DNA from: a virus
Strand: one strand, 5' to 3'
Virus record (IMG/VR): IMGVR_UViG_3300042922_000661
Location: 1-64,000 of that record
Length of the DNA stretch: 64,000 bases
Position numbers and translations under genes: made by a program. The notes below the pieces were generated by a model. It was not told where the DNA came from, made no database searches, and saw nothing but the letters and a program-made list of their open reading frames with translations. Shown here one piece after another: positions 62,694 through 64,000 of the stretch (positions are counted from its first letter, which is position 1; the number at the start of each line of letters is the position of its first letter).

Positions 62694-64000
62694 TCATCCC
62701 AGCAGCGCGTCCAGCTCCGACAGCTCTTTCAGCTTGCTCTCGGTGAAGTCGGCCATATCTTCGCTTAACTCTGCCTCTGCTGGACGGTAGCCAATCAGGA
62801 AGATAAAGCAGTAGGTATCCCAACGGTCAGGCGACTTGATGTTGAGTTTCTGACGCATCTGCGGCTTAGGCACCATCATGATCCGCCCCATTTCATCCAT
62901 AAAATATGGAATCTTAGCGGCCTGCTCTGCCGTCTGCTGCGACATATCAATGCGCATCCTGCCCGACCGGATAGCGTCAGCGGCCATGATGTTAGCCCAG
63001 GCGCGCTGATTCTTGAATCGCTCCCTCACCTTCTTACTGAATGGCGGCTGGCCCCATCGGATACTGACCGCATTCACGCCTCTGCGCTCCAGCTGCTTGA
63101 GCGTACCCGAGCCCACGCCATCACCATCAACCGCTATCGTAATGCCCGGATAGCGCTCTTGGGTGCATTCGTTGGCGATGAAGTCACCGAACGTGATCGG
63201 GTCCATTGTGCCTGGCATTTCCAGCAGCTTAAACGACACGACGCGGCGTGCATCACCGTACCCGCTTACCTTACAGATATTGAGGATCGACTTATCCCGA
63301 CCGTTACCGACGTCGGCGGTGGCCACCCAGCCCCAGCCCTTCTCCAGATACACACGGCGACGCGCTGCGCGGTCCATTTCGTCACGCCCCAGCAGATAGC
63401 CGCTGACGTTACGCGGGAAGCGCCCCAACACCTTCACCATGTATTCCAGCGAATCGCGCCCGCCGTACTCCACCAGCTTCTCCCGGATAAACTTCAGGGT
63501 AACGTGTGGCGCTTCCTCGGAGTTGAGCACAATGGCATTCCAGAAGCCGTTGGGGTTATCCGGGTTTTTGGCTAACGAATGGTGCGAATCATAGAAATAA
63601 CCACTGGGGCGAGTAGGCTGCGACATCATCAGCATGCGGTTATCGTTCTCTGTCAGCGCACCACGCATGATAGCGATCGCTTTATCAGAGATACCCGACG
63701 CTTCATCCAGGATAAGCAGGATGTGAGCGGCGTGCTCACCGGCCAGCGCTTCTTCATTACCCAGGCGGAAGCCTTTACACAGCACTTCCCAGATGCCCTT
63801 ACGCGACTTCTCATAGAACATGGTATCGGTAAGGGTGAAGTAGTTCTGAAGCCATGGGTGACGTCTGGCGGCGTTCGCCCAGTAGGTTTTGACATACTTG
63901 AATACGCCGGTCTTAACCTGACCGATTTTGTTGGCCACGATGATTACGCGGGCATCCGGGTACATGATCATGTAGATCAGCAGCATCATGGCCGTCAGGG
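62694..64000 (-). CDS. pacB: Terminase large subunit PacB (5' end outside the window)
   Basis: LAGEH...LILDEASG Walker B, ADVG.GRDKS, VDGDGVG and KSPDRWD nuclease motifs; frame open to the window edge. Confidence 0.93.
   Translation of the reverse strand, partial: LTAMMLLIYMIMYPDARVIIVANKIGQVKTGVFKYVKTYWANAARRHPWLQNYFTLTDTMFYEKSRKGIWEVLCKGFRLGNEEALAGEHAAHILLILDEASGISDKAIAIMRGALTENDNRMLMMSQPTRPSGYFYDSHHSLAKNPDNPNGFWNAIVLNSEEAPHVTLKFIREKLVEYGGRDSLEYMVKVLGRFPRNVSGYLLGRDEMDRAARRRVYLEKGWGWVATADVGNGRDKSILNICKVSGYGDARRVVSFKLLEMPGTMDPITFGDFIANECTQERYPGITIAVDGDGVGSGTLKQLERRGVNAVSIRWGQPPFSKKVRERFKNQRAWANIMAADAIRSGRMRIDMSQQTAEQAAKIPYFMDEMGRIMMVPKPQMRQKLNIKSPDRWDTYCFIFLIGYRPAEAELSEDMADFTESKLKELSELDALLG

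Larger units (their letters stand above)
1..64000. mobile_element. P1-like phage-plasmid (partial)
   Basis: Myovirus head, tail and lysis genes in P1-like order, together with an iteron RepA replicon, a 343-aa Cre-like recombinase with lox-type site, C1-like repressor and PacB. No chromosomal housekeeping context is seen. Confidence 0.95.

Noticed and set aside
1-64000. tRNA genes, IS transposases, reverse transcriptase/retron, res/mod and dar genes
   Set aside because: I saw no cloverleaf, DDE or RT motifs by eye. These may lie outside the window; tRNAscan-SE and HMM searches would be needed to exclude them formally.

Overview
The whole 64-kb window is part of a divergent P1-like (Punavirus-type) phage-plasmid from an enterobacterium, probably Pantoea or a relative; the host is inferred from the pox-like recombination site. 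The backbone follows P1 gene order in blocks: holin/antiholin, one tail fibre with no Cin-invertible segment, baseplate, tape measure, tube, sheath and major capsid genes, a spanin pair, PAAR, Dcm-Dam fusion methylase, RdgC, genes 5-6-24-7-25-26, Ref, an iteron replicon, Cre-like recombinase with its 34-bp site, C1-like repressor and a partial PacB. P1 gene names are assigned by synteny, size and motifs, not by database search. The immI/repL block and parAB are not at their P1 positions. AT-rich accessory genes include an HExxH protein, KAP NTPase, HEPN protein, zeta toxin, BRO-N protein, DUF2971, a GT17 glycosyltransferase, HicAB-like and Phd/ParE-like pairs, and two umuDC operons. Most notable: (i) two tandem colicin M-like lipid II hydrolases with one immunity gene; (ii) an unannotated type I TA-like locus, a 40-aa hydrophobic peptide plus a divergent ~135-nt sRNA with 18-nt complementarity and two identical CCUGAGAA hairpin loops; (iii) a ~290-bp array of GACC/GGTC cores phased at ~10.5-11 bp inside the tape-measure gene; (iv) a probable programmed frameshift upstream of the tape measure; (v) a six-copy late-promoter motif unlike that of P1; (vi) a natural variant of the pox/rox site.
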